Origin: an uncultured Halobacteriales archaeon
GTDB taxonomy: Archaea > Thermoplasmatota > E2 > JACPAO01 > JAHFTW01
DNA: 64,000 nt
Assembly (NCBI GenBank): GCA_964643795.1
Contig: CAZXUC010000010.1
Span: 13,748-77,747, forward strand
Direction of reading: 5' to 3'
The notes beneath the pieces are model-generated. The model was given only the letters and a program-made list of their open reading frames with translations. It searched no databases and was not told the origin of the DNA. Position 1 is the stretch's first letter, and each line of letters begins with the position of its first letter. Of the stretch, positions 1 to 10,321 are shown in pieces. The translations under genes and the position numbers were made by a program.

Positions 1-174
1 TGGGATTGCACAGATTCACACAGATTTTGGGCCTCAGGGGGTTCGCCCCTTCACGCGGAGGTCGCGGAGCCCCGCGGAATCGTTTCCGCGATTTCCGCGT
101 TCTCCGCGTGAAGTGTAGTGCGTTGCGCGCAGGAACACAATCTGTGGAGGTGTGTGAAATCCCAGGCCTCCCAC
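1..174. repeat. Family A inverted-repeat element (MITE/REP-like), left end cut by the window edge; contains a nested family D palindrome (49-113)
   Basis: TGGGATTGCACAGATTCACACAGATT...AATCTGTG...GTGAAATCCCAGGCCTCCCAC; ends and interior match the copy at 13023-13203. Confidence 0.85.
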
Positions 175-207
175 CGCCCAGCGCCATTGTAGCCGTCCGG
201 GCTTGCC

Positions 208-1008
208 TCACACGACCGTCAACGTACCGGTCATGCCTGCGTGGTATTCGCATTCGAACGTGTACTCGCCCGCCTTCTCTGGCGTGAAATCGACGGTGTA
301 CACGCCGCCCCATTGCGACTTGCCCGCCGTCCTTACGTCAAGGTCGGATACCGCCCAGTTGTGCTGGTCGTTCTCGACGCCGTAGTGGGGATCGTAGTCA
401 AACAAAGTGATGCGCGCCGGCTCGCCCGCCTTGATGGTCAGTTCGGCGGGGTAAAACTCGTGTTCGACGCGCGTCTGCTCGGGCGCCGAGATGTTGACGA
501 TGAGGCCCGGCGTATAGCCTTCCGGGAAGGTTGACGCGACTAGGCCGATTTTCCACGAGCCCTGCGCCACGACGCGGCCGACCCATTCGCCGGCGGCTGG
601 CTGCTCGACGCGCTGCACGACCTTGCGCCACGTCGTGATGGCTCCTGAGTCGTAGACGAGCTGGCCTGCCGGGTCTTCGATCTTGAACGTGACGTCGCCT
701 TCTGGTTTGCCTTGGTCGGCCGGGTCGCCGAAGTCGATTGCCAGCTGCATCCAGCCGGTGTTTTCCGGGACGACGAACCGCATGGCGTTCGTCTCCTTCT
801 CCGTCAATTCGTCGATGAGTTCCGTCGCCGGATTCGAGCCGGCCGCAGTCGGGACGAGCGTTTGTCGCGCGGAGTTCGGCAGGGACGTGCTGAGCGGGGC
901 GGTCGGCACGACGAAGTCATCGTCGGTGGAATCTGACGCTGGCCCCGCGCAACCGGCGGCCAAGAGTGACAAGGCTACAACGACGGGGAAACGCATGAAG
1001 CGATTCAT
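208..1008 (-). CDS. Lipoprotein with C-terminal cupredoxin-like domain
   Basis: Lipobox LAAGC; C-terminus YTFECEYHAGMTGTLTV (C-x2-H-x2-M copper-site pattern); ATG overlaps the upstream stop (TGATG). Confidence 0.8.
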   Translation of the reverse strand: MNRFMRFPVVVALSLLAAGCAGPASDSTDDDFVVPTAPLSTSLPNSARQTLVPTAAGSNPATELIDELTEKETNAMRFVVPENTGWMQLAIDFGDPADQGKPEGDVTFKIEDPAGQLVYDSGAITTWRKVVQRVEQPAAGEWVGRVVAQGSWKIGLVASTFPEGYTPGLIVNISAPEQTRVEHEFYPAELTIKAGEPARITLFDYDPHYGVENDQHNWAVSDLDVRTAGKSQWGGVYTVDFTPEKAGEYTFECEYHAGMTGTLTVV

Positions 1009-2057
1009 CACGCCGCATCCTTGTGCACGGTGGCGACGATTGTGTAGTCGACGAAGATGATGCCATCCTCCATCGGCTCCTCGATGAAGGGGGCGAACTC
1101 CCATTGGCTCTGCTTAGCGTAGGGGCCATCGCCGGCGTCGCCCACCGCGACGGTGTAGGTGTGCTGCGCCGCGGTATCGGGCGCTGCGGGTGGCGCCGTG
1201 TAGTCTCGCGAGTCGGCTCCGTGCAGTTTGAGGCCGAGTCGGAAGGGCGGGCCGTTGGTTTGGGTTAGGATGACGACGACGTGGTCCGCGTCGTACGGGA
1301 CGACCACACCATCATCGGGGACGTGTATACTCGGGCAGCCGCGGTAGCACCGCAAGTTCTCGGATGTCGGGTCGCCATCGTACAGCAGCGAGCCTTCGGC
1401 CTCGAAGAGCTGGAACTCTGTTCGGCCCTGCCAGACGTCAGGATGTCCGGCGAACAAGGTGATGTTGCGCGTGTGGTCGGCTACGACGGTGAAGTGGACC
1501 GTGCCCGTGAACTGCAGCCAGCGCCCGTAAATCGGGCTTGGAGTCCCCGTGAGGTACAGGTCGAACTGCCACGCCGATAAGACCTGGTGCGGTAGGTCCG
1601 CCATCGAGTCATTGACGGGCATCGCCACCGTAGTCGGAGATTCGGTCAGGTTGGCACGCAGGATGAGTGCATTGTCGGCGGCCGATTTGACCCACAGCTG
1701 CGGCGACTCGTAACGGTTGGGTGGCAGCGAGCTGCTGTCCGCCGTCCAAGATACTGTGACGTTCACCCATCCAGTTCCTTGGGGCACGACGTTGCCCGCC
1801 TCGGGGCGCAGTGTTGCCACCGACAACGCATCAGGCGAGAACCACGTCCTACCCGCGTCGACGTCGGCATCCGCGATGGTGAGGGTTTTTTGCCGGTTCC
1901 AATAATCGTGCAGGTGGAGCCCCTGGTCTGTAGAAGTGCGGTTGAGTGTGGGATCCGTGATGACGGTGTACCCTTGCTCGGTCTCGTCCGCACCGTCGCC
2001 GCTGGCGCAGCCGGAAAGGGTGAGGGCCAGCAGCAAGAGTCCGACCAAGAAGCGCAT
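1008..2057 (-). CDS. Secreted lipoprotein of unknown function (paralog of 9128-10321)
   Basis: MRFLVGLLLLALTLSGC lipobox; shared motifs HDYW, GTGWVN, DLPH, HPDVWQG, DGPYAKQSQW. Confidence 0.8.
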   Translation of the reverse strand: MRFLVGLLLLALTLSGCASGDGADETEQGYTVITDPTLNRTSTDQGLHLHDYWNRQKTLTIADADVDAGRTWFSPDALSVATLRPEAGNVVPQGTGWVNVTVSWTADSSSLPPNRYESPQLWVKSAADNALILRANLTESPTTVAMPVNDSMADLPHQVLSAWQFDLYLTGTPSPIYGRWLQFTGTVHFTVVADHTRNITLFAGHPDVWQGRTEFQLFEAEGSLLYDGDPTSENLRCYRGCPSIHVPDDGVVVPYDADHVVVILTQTNGPPFRLGLKLHGADSRDYTAPPAAPDTAAQHTYTVAVGDAGDGPYAKQSQWEFAPFIEEPMEDGIIFVDYTIVATVHKDAA

Positions 2058-2162
2058 GGGTCGGTCGAGAATGAGCTGCCATAAACCCATTGTGGCGCAC
2101 TCCTCTGGACGCCGACAAGCCACCACCATGGTTTTTAGGGGGGCCCAATCGTGGGAGCCTCC

Positions 2163-2813
2163 ATGGCCGTCGATGGTGGAGATGGAGTGGCTGCCGGAAC
2201 CCCGGGCGAATCGGCCCCCGTGCAGGGAGAAACCGGCGCCCCCGTCGTCACACCGCGCCGCAAGTTCCCCAAGTTCGAGAAGCTCTTCGACCCCATCCGC
2301 CGCTTCATGGCAGGTGACGAATCCGACGCCGTCCGTCCGGCGGGCACCGTGAACCGCGTCCGCCACCGCCAGCCCCGCGTCTTCTTCATCTGCACCGGGA
2401 ACGCGACACGCAGCCAAATGGCGGAGGCTTGGGCGCTCAAGGAGGACCTGTACGCGGAATCCGGGGGCACCTTTCCAGCCGCAGTCATCCCGACGGAGTG
2501 CATCGAAGTCATGCAAGAGAAGGGCATCGACATCTCGCAATGCCGCCCGAAACTCCTCGACCCGAGCCGCCTCGGCTCCTTCGACCGCGTCGTCGTCATG
2601 GGCGCCCAACTCCCCGACGCCTGGCGCGAAGGGGTCCGCAGTGAGGAATGGGAAGCGTTGGACCCCAGGGACTTCCCCCTCGACGGGTACCGGCTCGTCC
2701 GCGACGACCTGGAAAAGCGCGTAGCCCGCCTCGCGAAGGTCCTCAAGGGCAGCGCCGCCGCCAAAGCCGCGAAGGCAGCGAAGGCCGCCAACCAGCCCCC
2801 CATCGCTCGCTGA
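2163..2813 (+). CDS. LMW-PTP / arsenate reductase-like protein with N-terminal extension
   Basis: P-loop CTGNATRSQMAE, ESGGT, DP motif; start uncertain. Confidence 0.75.
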   Translation: MAVDGGDGVAAGTPGESAPVQGETGAPVVTPRRKFPKFEKLFDPIRRFMAGDESDAVRPAGTVNRVRHRQPRVFFICTGNATRSQMAEAWALKEDLYAESGGTFPAAVIPTECIEVMQEKGIDISQCRPKLLDPSRLGSFDRVVVMGAQLPDAWREGVRSEEWEALDPRDFPLDGYRLVRDDLEKRVARLAKVLKGSAAAKAAKAAKAANQPPIAR

Positions 2814-2900
2814 GCCTTCGCACGAGACTCGCTCGCCCATCCATTCAGGCTATAGTGGTCAGACTCAAGTAGCGCATTCCGCAACCGACAGTGGTGACCC

Positions 2901-3593
2901 GTGACTCGATTTGACCTGCGCGCCGAAGCCGCTGAAGCCATCGGGGCATTCCTCATCGTCCTCCTCGGCTGCGGCGCCATCTTGTCAGGCAGCCTTGACG
3001 GGCTCGCCATCAGCTTCGCCTTCGGCGCGACTGTCTGCCTTCTCGTCTACGCCTTCGGTCACGTTTCGGGCGCTCACTTCAATCCGGCCGTCACGCTCGC
3101 CTTCGCTGCCATAGGCCGTTTCCCGTGGACCCGCGTCGCGAACTACATCGCCGCCCAAACTATTGGAGCGATTGCGGCAGCCCTTGTCCTAGCAGTCATC
3201 TTCTCCGAGGTGACAGATGCGACGACCGTCCCGTCGCTGGCCTTGCCGCAAGCCATTCTCGTCGAGGTGGCAATCACGTTCACCCTCATGCTCACGATTG
3301 TAGCCTTCGCCACCGACAAGCGCGTCGCCCCAGGCTTCGCCGGCCTCGCCATCGGAGCTGCCATCTTCGTGGGAGCCCTAGTTGCTGACCCACTCACCGG
3401 AGGTTCGATGAATCCGGCACGCAGCCTCGGCCCCGCCCTGGCGTCCAGCGTCTGGGATTCCATCTGGCTCTACCTCATCGCACCGCCCATCGGCGCACTC
3501 CTCGGCGCCTTCGCCTATGAATCCGTGCGCGGCGGCCTCAAGCCGAAGCCTAACGAAGCGCAGACAGTGGCGCACTACGAGGCCACGGCATGA
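2901..3593 (+). CDS. MIP-family aquaporin/aquaglyceroporin
   Basis: SGAHFNPAVT and GGSMNPARSLGP (two NPA boxes), six hydrophobic segments. Confidence 0.95.
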   Translation: MTRFDLRAEAAEAIGAFLIVLLGCGAILSGSLDGLAISFAFGATVCLLVYAFGHVSGAHFNPAVTLAFAAIGRFPWTRVANYIAAQTIGAIAAALVLAVIFSEVTDATTVPSLALPQAILVEVAITFTLMLTIVAFATDKRVAPGFAGLAIGAAIFVGALVADPLTGGSMNPARSLGPALASSVWDSIWLYLIAPPIGALLGAFAYESVRGGLKPKPNEAQTVAHYEATA

Positions 3594-4012
3594 GCCAAAC
3601 GCCCCAAGCCGCCGCCAGGCCTCGCGGAGCCACGCCTCGCGTTCTCTTCGTCTGCGTCGGTAATTCGTGCCGCTCACAGATGGCTGAAGGATTCGCCAAA
3701 AAGCTTGGGCTGCACGCAGAATCCGCGGGCACAGTCCCAGCGACGCGCGTGAATCCGACGGCGGTTGCTGTGATGGCAGAGAAGGGCGTCGACCTCGCGG
3801 CGCACACGCCCAAGACCCTGGATTGGGACGCGCTCAAGAACTTTGATCGCGTCGTCACGATGGGATGCGGTGTCGAGGAATCCTGTCCGAGCCTGAAGAC
3901 CGACGAAGATTGGGGCCTCGACGATCCCGTTGGCCAACCGGTCGAAGAGTTCCGGCGCATTCGCGACGACATCGAACGCCGCGTCGCTGAGCTCGCAGCG
4001 CGCCTCGACTGA
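3590..4012 (+). CDS. arsC: Arsenate reductase, LMW-PTP (thioredoxin-coupled) family
   Basis: CVGNSCRSQMAEG, TMGCGVEESCP, WGLDDP; ATGA overlap with the MIP gene. Confidence 0.9.
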   Translation: MSQTPQAAARPRGATPRVLFVCVGNSCRSQMAEGFAKKLGLHAESAGTVPATRVNPTAVAVMAEKGVDLAAHTPKTLDWDALKNFDRVVTMGCGVEESCPSLKTDEDWGLDDPVGQPVEEFRRIRDDIERRVAELAARLD

Positions 4013-4014
4013 CC

Positions 4015-4088
4015 CTTCACGCGGAACGCGCGGAAGGCGCGGAACTGACTCCGTCAGGCGTTTCCGTGGGTTCCGCGTCCTCCGCGTG
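4015..4088. repeat. Family D 9-nt-period palindrome
   Basis: CTTCACGCGGAACGCGCGGAAGGCGCGGAA...TTCCGTGGGTTCCGCGTCCTCCGCGTG. Confidence 0.85.
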
Positions 4089-4144
4089 TAGGCGGCGCGC
4101 GTCGACGCCGACCACGAAGCAGGAAATGCGCGGAGCTGACTTCG

Positions 4145-5039
4145 TCAGCCGCCGGTACTGCACGTCCCCATCGCGCCGTTGTGCGTAGTTGCCGTCGCGT
4201 TGCCCGTCGCGCGGTCGAGCGTGCGCTCGAACATGAGGCCGCCGTCACCGTTGAAGAGCCGCCCAGTGAGACGCTCGCCGTGGATCTCGAACCAGGCGTA
4301 ACCGAGCGTGTCCCCGCAGGCAAAGTGCGCGTCGTTCGGAGTGTCAGTGATAGGGCGGGTCTTGGCGCCGGCTCCGCTCACGACGAACTCCGTGGTCCCA
4401 TAGGTGTCCGGCTTGGCCACCAGCCACTGTAGGTCGTGGTCGTGTCCGTTGAGGACAAGGTCCACGTGTCCAGATTCGCACACTGATGCCTGCAACCACG
4501 CGCCGAGGGGCTGGCTTGCACGGGATGCGTCGCCATGGTCGCCGTTGGAGTACAGCGGGTGGTGCCCGTAGAGGATGGTCCAGGTGCCGTTCGCGCGAGG
4601 TCCGGCAAGCTCCCCCTTGATCCAAGCCATCTGAGCCACGCCGTCGGGGTCGCGGGAGAGGGCTTGAGCGGACGCCGAGGTTGTCGTGGTTGCCTAGACT
4701 CATGTGGAAGGGAATGTCGAAGGCGGCGTACGGCAACTCGAACTTCGTCAGGAACTGCGGGTCGTATGGGCTCGTTACACCCGCCTCGTAGATGTTGTCC
4801 CCGAGGCCGATGACGAAGTCGCAGCCGGCGTCGTCGCACGTTTTTCGCATCGCGGCTGCGACGCTTGCTTGGTTCTCGTCGCCCGTGCCCATGTCGCCCA
4901 ATGCTATGAAGCGGACCGGCCCGGCGTCGCCCGGCCCGAACGTGTCCGTCCCCGTGGGAGGGGTAGTCTTGGAGGAGTCAGAGCCGGCGGACAGGCAACC
5001 GGCCAGGGTCAGCGTCAGGAGCACCGCGATGCCGCGCAC
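4145..5039 (-). pseudogene. Lipoprotein metallophosphoesterase (purple acid phosphatase-like), frameshifted with an internal deletion near 4680
   Basis: Frame 1: lipobox LAGC, GDMG, GDNIY, GNHD. Frame 2: GHHPLYS, GHDH, VSGAG. The usual intervening segment is missing. Confidence 0.8.
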
Positions 5040-5089
5040 AGCGCTGTCGAGGGCATGCCCGTTTAAGGGTGCTTGCCGGCCCGCCCCCG

Positions 5090-5207
5090 GTCGCAGAAAA
5101 CACGTGCAGCACACGCCCAGTCGCAGAACTCGCAGAAATCGCCGAACCAACGGCTTCTGCGGGTTCTGCGTATTCTGTGACTCGGTCAGTTTGCTGCATT
5201 CTGCGAC
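5090..5207. repeat. Family E 9-nt-period palindrome (doubly nested)
   Basis: GTCGCAGAA...GTCGCAGAACTCGCAGAA...TTCTGCGGGTTCTGCGTATTCTGTGAC...TTCTGCGAC. Confidence 0.8.
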
Positions 5208-5232
5208 TCGGTCGGTTCGCTTGCGCACGGCC

Positions 5233-7323
5233 CTAACGTTCGTGGCCCAGCAACCCAGCTAGCGCCTGCGCGTCGTGCACCGGCGCATGGCATGCGTGCC
5301 CTTGGCATAGGTAAGCCGTCGCCTTTCCGCCGAGGGCTTTGTGCTCCGCGGTCCACGCGGCGACCTGCGCCAATCCTTCGCTTTGATGCAGTCGTACGAG
5401 GCCCGGATGGAATCCAGCGCCCGCGACATCCAGCATCTCCAGCGCGGGCTTGCCTGCGCCGGCGACGACGAGTTCTTGCGTCGGGCCAAGCGCGAAGTCG
5501 AGCGCGACGCACATCATGCCGTACGCGTAGGGATGGCTCGCGACAGTCGCCGAAAACACATGCAGCACGGCATCAGCTTGATCCCGGACTTTCGTGTCCC
5601 CTGTCAAGTGCGAGAGCCGTAGTAGACACCACGCCGCAACTGAATTCCCGGATGGTAAGGCTCCGTCGTACGCTTCCTTGCGCCGTACCCCCAGTTGTTC
5701 GCCGTCGTCTGGTGCTTGGAAGTAGCCGCCCGGGCGGTCCTCGAAATGCCGTTCCAGATCCGTTGCGATGCGCAGGGCCCATTCAAGGTGACGCACGTCG
5801 AAGGTCGCATCGTAGAGCTCCAGGAGGCCCCAGAGCAGGAAGGCGTGGTCGTCCAGGAACGCAATGTCGTCCTTCGCCGGCGCCGCCGGACTCGTTCCCC
5901 CGTGGAATCTGTGGCGCAATCGTCCTCGGGGTGTTAGCATTTCGCGGAACAGGAACTCCGTCGCCTCCTGCGCGGCTATCATGTACTTCGGTTCAGCGAG
6001 CGCCGTTGCAGCCTTCGCGAATGCCGCGATGGCCAGTCCGTTCCAATCGGTAAGGACCTTATCGTCCAGTAAGGGACGCTCACGGCGGACGCGGACAGCC
6101 AATAACTTTGTGCGGGACGCTGCAAGACCTGCTTTGAGTGCTGCTTGCGGGATGGCTCGGCGCTTTGCCAGCGCTTCCAACGGCGTCGCCAGATGCAAGA
6201 TGTTTGCGCCAGTGCGCTGATGCGTCGCTTCGTCGTGGAAGTTTCCTTCCTCCGTCACGCCGTACGCCTCGCAGAAAATGTCCCCCTCCGCTTTCCCCAG
6301 GATTGTCAAGACCTCGTGTCGAGTCCAGAGATAGAACCGGCCCTCCTCGCCTTCCGAGTCCGCGTCCTCGGCGCAACGGAACCCTCCGGCGGGGTCCCGC
6401 AGGTCGCGCAGGATGTAGTCGAGGATGTCCCGTGTGACCGTCGCGAAGCGGGCCTCTCCTGTGACTTGGAACGCTTCGGTGTACGCCATTGCGAGCATGG
6501 CCTGGTCGTACAGCATCTTCTCAAAATGCGGGAGCAGCCAATGCGGATCCGTTGCGTAGCGGTGGAAGCCGCCGCCGAGGTGGTCGTGGATGCCGCCATC
6601 GGCCATCGCGTGCAGCGTCTTGGTGACCATTGCGAGTGCCTGCTCGTCGCCGGTGCGGTGGTGTCGTCGCAGAAGGAACAAGAGGTTATGCGGCGAGGGG
6701 AATTTGGGCGCGCCACCGAAGCCGCCGTGCGTAGCGTCGAAGCGTTCGCGCAACCGGAGCGTACACATTTGCAAGGTCTCGGGGCCGAGCGGCTTGGTGT
6801 CGGCGTCAACGCGCCCCGATGTGGCCGTCTGCCCGACTTCCTGTAGGACGTGTTCGGCTTGGTGGAGTAGTTCCTTGCGTTTGTCCGTCCAAGCCTCCTG
6901 GATCTTCGGGATGAGCTCCATCATGCCGATGCGCCCGTGGCGGGTGAGCTTGGGGAAATACGTGCCCGCGAGGAACGGTTTCTTGTCCGGCGTCAGTAAG
7001 ACCGTGAGGGGCCAGCCGCCGGAACCGGTCATGCCCTGGCAGACGGCCATGTAGACGTCGTCGATGTCGGGGCGCTCCTCGCGATCGACCTTGACGTTTA
7101 CGAACGCTTCGTTCATGAGCAACGCGACGCCGGCGTCCTCGAATGATTCGTGAGCCATGACGTGGCACCAGTGGCACGTAGCGTAGCCGATGGAGAGGAA
7201 GACGGGAACGTCGCGCCGCTGCGCTTCCGCGAAGGCCTCGTCGCTCCATGGCCACCAATCGACGGGGTTGTCCGCGTGTTGCCGCAGGTAGGGGCTCGGT
7301 TCCGCGGCGAGGCGGTTGGACAC
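5233..7323 (-). CDS. yyaL: Thioredoxin-domain protein, YyaL/SSP411 family
   Basis: [50 protein letters not shown]. Confidence 0.95.
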   Translation of the reverse strand: MSNRLAAEPSPYLRQHADNPVDWWPWSDEAFAEAQRRDVPVFLSIGYATCHWCHVMAHESFEDAGVALLMNEAFVNVKVDREERPDIDDVYMAVCQGMTGSGGWPLTVLLTPDKKPFLAGTYFPKLTRHGRIGMMELIPKIQEAWTDKRKELLHQAEHVLQEVGQTATSGRVDADTKPLGPETLQMCTLRLRERFDATHGGFGGAPKFPSPHNLLFLLRRHHRTGDEQALAMVTKTLHAMADGGIHDHLGGGFHRYATDPHWLLPHFEKMLYDQAMLAMAYTEAFQVTGEARFATVTRDILDYILRDLRDPAGGFRCAEDADSEGEEGRFYLWTRHEVLTILGKAEGDIFCEAYGVTEEGNFHDEATHQRTGANILHLATPLEALAKRRAIPQAALKAGLAASRTKLLAVRVRRERPLLDDKVLTDWNGLAIAAFAKAATALAEPKYMIAAQEATEFLFREMLTPRGRLRHRFHGGTSPAAPAKDDIAFLDDHAFLLWGLLELYDATFDVRHLEWALRIATDLERHFEDRPGGYFQAPDDGEQLGVRRKEAYDGALPSGNSVAAWCLLRLSHLTGDTKVRDQADAVLHVFSATVASHPYAYGMMCVALDFALGPTQELVVAGAGKPALEMLDVAGAGFHPGLVRLHQSEGLAQVAAWTAEHKALGGKATAYLCQGHACHAPVHDAQALAGLLGHER

Positions 7324-7408
7324 GGGGTCGCGAAGGCACTCCTGCATTTGGGGGTTGGTGCCTACCTGGACCGAACCGTTGAAGAGCAACCCCCCGGTGG
7401 CATGGCCC

Positions 7409-7699
7409 ATGAGCCACGTCTCGGTCAAGGAAGTCACGCACGAGTCGGGCGAGACCGGCGTCTTCGGCGAGGTCTTCATCGGCCTCGGTCTGCTGATTGG
7501 CCTCGTCGGCCTCACGTTCTGGGTCCTCTCCATGGTCGGCTTCTACGACGACTCGCCCGTCGGCGCGACGGCGGCCCGCGGCGACTGGATTGCCCTCGGC
7601 TTCCTGTTCTTCATCGAGGGCCTCGGCTTCACGCTCTTCGGCATCATGGCGCTCGTGGCTGGCTGGGACCGCCACCACCACCCCGACGCGGTGCATTAG
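7409..7699 (+). CDS. Small two-TM membrane protein
   Basis: Two hydrophobic helices, GC3-rich codons. Confidence 0.7.
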   Translation: MSHVSVKEVTHESGETGVFGEVFIGLGLLIGLVGLTFWVLSMVGFYDDSPVGATAARGDWIALGFLFFIEGLGFTLFGIMALVAGWDRHHHPDAVH

Positions 7700-7718
7700 C
7701 CGCGGCCGCCCATCGCCG

Positions 7719-7787
7719 AACCACGAATTTCACGAAGTCCCACGAAACGGACCGAGTCCGTTCGTGCGTTTCGTGAAATTCGTGGTT
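7719..7787. repeat. Family G 9-nt-period palindrome between convergent genes
   Basis: AACCACGAATTTCACGAAGTCCCACGAA...TTCGTGCGTTTCGTGAAATTCGTGGTT; second copy at 51314-51382. Confidence 0.85.
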
Positions 7788-7799
7788 AGGAGGGCAGCA

Positions 7800-9062
7800 C
7801 TACAACTTGTATCGCAGCAACGCCACGATGCCGCCGAACGTCCCCGTCAGTTGGCCACCCTCTTCGCTGGCACCCGATACGATGTGGACGTCGGCTTTCG
7901 ATGCCTCGGCAAATTCTGACAACTCTTCGACGAGATCGCGTTTCTCCATCTCGGTCTGGTTGCCGCCCCACAGTTTCGCCTGCGCATCGTAGGCCTCTTG
8001 GACCTTCAGTTCGGGCACGGTCTTGTAAACGACTTCGCCGGTTTGGCGGTGCTTGAACGTGAGCCGTGACTTGCGCAGGTCCTCGGACAAGAGCAGATGT
8101 TCTACTGCTCCGGCATGGAGGGCTTGGCGGACGTCTGCTTCGCCATACGTTCCTACGCCGTGGTCGGGTTTGACTAGTTCGAGGAAGAAGCGCTGCATGA
8201 GTTTGCGGTCCTGCATGCGGCCGATCTCCGCGATGGCGGCGCCGGCGTTCATGACCATTTCCTTGAGGCCTTGATCGTCGTCGGTGTACCCGGTGTCGAA
8301 GTATTGCGGGTAGAGTTTCTTGCCGAGTTCGTGGTGCAGGTACCCTTCGCGGGCGAAGAATTCCTTCGTGGGGCCCGGGCCACCGAGGAGGAGCGCCTTC
8401 AGGTCGGCGTTGAGGAAGATGTCCGTCGCCTTCTGAGCGCACTGCGTGAACCATTCGTGGGCGGCGATCTCGATGAGGCGTTCGAAACGTTGAGCCGATT
8501 GTCCGCCGCGTCCGTGTTTGGACGGCACGAGTGAGCCGCGGTTGTAGACGGGGACGATGGTCTTGCCGCGTAGGAAGCCCATGGAGCATTCCTTGCGGTC
8601 GAGGATGATGAGGCCGTACGTGTTCTCGACTTGTCCGAGTGCTTGTAGGGGCTCGATGTTGAACGTGGACTCGCAACGGTACTGGTACGTGTTGATTGGC
8701 ATCGGCGGTTCGATGATGTGCGCCACGAATTGCGTCTTGTTCGCCCCGACGTTGACGTCGCCGACGAAGATGGCCATGCCATTTGGGGGGGTTGACTTGT
8801 AATTCTTCAGGCGAGCCAGGATGCTTGTGAGTGCACCCGATACCGCGTCCTGCGTTGACTTCGACTTGATGTTGGATGCTTGCCCGACCTCGTCGCGCAC
8901 CATCGCCGCCACATCGGACAGTTGGCGGGTTGGTGGGACGTACAAGGTAACCAGCGTCGTGCCCACGCCGCGATAGGCTGCAAGCTCCTCCAACGTCCGC
9001 TTGAAGACGTACTTTTGCCGCTCGGTCCACTCCACTTTGGGGGGGACATGCGGTTGAGCCAC
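7800..9062 (-). CDS. prf1: Peptide chain release factor aRF1
   Basis: ASNIKSK, YRCESTF, HGRGGQSAQRFER, C-terminal FGGIVALLRY. Confidence 0.97.
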   Translation of the reverse strand: MAQPHVPPKVEWTERQKYVFKRTLEELAAYRGVGTTLVTLYVPPTRQLSDVAAMVRDEVGQASNIKSKSTQDAVSGALTSILARLKNYKSTPPNGMAIFVGDVNVGANKTQFVAHIIEPPMPINTYQYRCESTFNIEPLQALGQVENTYGLIILDRKECSMGFLRGKTIVPVYNRGSLVPSKHGRGGQSAQRFERLIEIAAHEWFTQCAQKATDIFLNADLKALLLGGPGPTKEFFAREGYLHHELGKKLYPQYFDTGYTDDDQGLKEMVMNAGAAIAEIGRMQDRKLMQRFFLELVKPDHGVGTYGEADVRQALHAGAVEHLLLSEDLRKSRLTFKHRQTGEVVYKTVPELKVQEAYDAQAKLWGGNQTEMEKRDLVEELSEFAEASKADVHIVSGASEEGGQLTGTFGGIVALLRYKL

Positions 9063-9127
9063 GGCGCGGCCAGGAAAGGGGCGTATTTGAAGGACAAGGA
9101 GGCGCCGACGCTGCCACCGCAAACGCC

Positions 9128-10321
9128 ATGAGCCCGTCGTTCGCCTGGACCCTTGTGGTTGCCAAGCCAGTCCTAGTCACCCTTGTCAGTGCCTTGCTTT
9201 CAGGGTGCGCAGCCCCGAGTGGCGACGGCGGCGGCACCACGAATGACGACGCAGTCGTGATTACTGACCCCAACGACACGGCGTACCTTCTGAACGCGTC
9301 GGATGATCGAAAGCACATCCACGACTATTGGGCGGGTGCGACCGAGATTATTTTGCTCGATGAGGACCAGGACACGGGGACGGGGAGTGGTGCGGAGTGG
9401 GGCGGCAGCGTCAACATGCCCGACGGGAAGACCATCATTCCCGGCACCGGCTGGGTCAACACGACTCTGACGTGGAACGACCCGGAGATCCACATGCGCC
9501 TTGAGTACACGGCGGCCGACGGGACTACGGGCGCGTTCCCAGTTGTCTCCGGTGCATTGCTTTCCATCATCAGCAACGAGACGATGAACGACCCGCCGCA
9601 CATCCAAGTCTCGCATTGGAGTTTCATGCTACGAATGAACTCTGACAATCCCTTGGGCGACATGGATGGAACGGCCATGCATGTCCTCATGGTCGCCGTC
9701 CGAGCCCCGGGAGACATTCCCTTCGCGCCATCCCATCCCGACCTGTGGCAAGGACAGACGCAACTCGTGCGAGCGGACGAATCGGCGGACATGACGGCCG
9801 CCTATGTTCCCGTCACGGGAACGGGCAACACGCCGCGTATCGCAGACCTAAAGCCGATTCCCGCGGGGACGACCCGGCTCTTGCTCCAGCTTCACTACAA
9901 CAGTTCGACGCCGGAACCAATCCAAGCCACGTACACTTTGTCCTGGCGAGGCGCTGACCACAGCGAATACGAGGCGCGAGGTGTCCAACCGAACCGGACG
10001 ACGGCCAACGGCGGCCACACTTTCTTGGAGTGGGAACTGGACGTGGAGGCGCGCATGTGCGATTCCCCGTACGCGACTGAATCGTATTGGGAACTCAGCA
10101 TCTCACCCTTTGAACGGCCGGTCTTCGCGATGCAAGGCGACTACCACATCACGGTCACCGCGTTCCGGGGTACCTATTCCCCCCGCAGCGCTCAAAGCCC
10201 CCCCTCCCGTGCAGCCTCGCATGGAACGCGTCTCAATCGTCATCGGCGGCAGCATCCTCGCCCCGCCGGAACCCGACACGGGGTACTTGGCGAAGGTCGC
10301 GGAGACGCTCATGGCGCTTAG
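9128..10321 (+). CDS. Secreted lipoprotein of unknown function (paralog of 1008-2057); the 3' end overlaps pyrH
   Basis: LLSGC lipobox; VITDP, HIHDYW, PGTGWVN, DPPH, HPDLWQG, DSPYATESYW. Confidence 0.75.
   Translation: MSPSFAWTLVVAKPVLVTLVSALLSGCAAPSGDGGGTTNDDAVVITDPNDTAYLLNASDDRKHIHDYWAGATEIILLDEDQDTGTGSGAEWGGSVNMPDGKTIIPGTGWVNTTLTWNDPEIHMRLEYTAADGTTGAFPVVSGALLSIISNETMNDPPHIQVSHWSFMLRMNSDNPLGDMDGTAMHVLMVAVRAPGDIPFAPSHPDLWQGQTQLVRADESADMTAAYVPVTGTGNTPRIADLKPIPAGTTRLLLQLHYNSSTPEPIQATYTLSWRGADHSEYEARGVQPNRTTANGGHTFLEWELDVEARMCDSPYATESYWELSISPFERPVFAMQGDYHITVTAFRGTYSPRSAQSPPSRAASHGTRLNRHRRQHPRPAGTRHGVLGEGRGDAHGA

Noticed and set aside
2058-2840. N-terminal 260 aa of the 610-aa ORF 1008-2840
   Set aside because: It is the antisense shadow of the arsC-like gene; the real start is the lipoprotein signal at 2057.
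7786-9318. Long alternative ORFs (e.g. 7786-9318, 17251-18513, 31882-33312, 40110-41160, 44022-45314)
   Set aside because: These are GC-rich shadow frames overlapping well-supported genes, with Arg/Pro/Ala-rich composition and no motifs.
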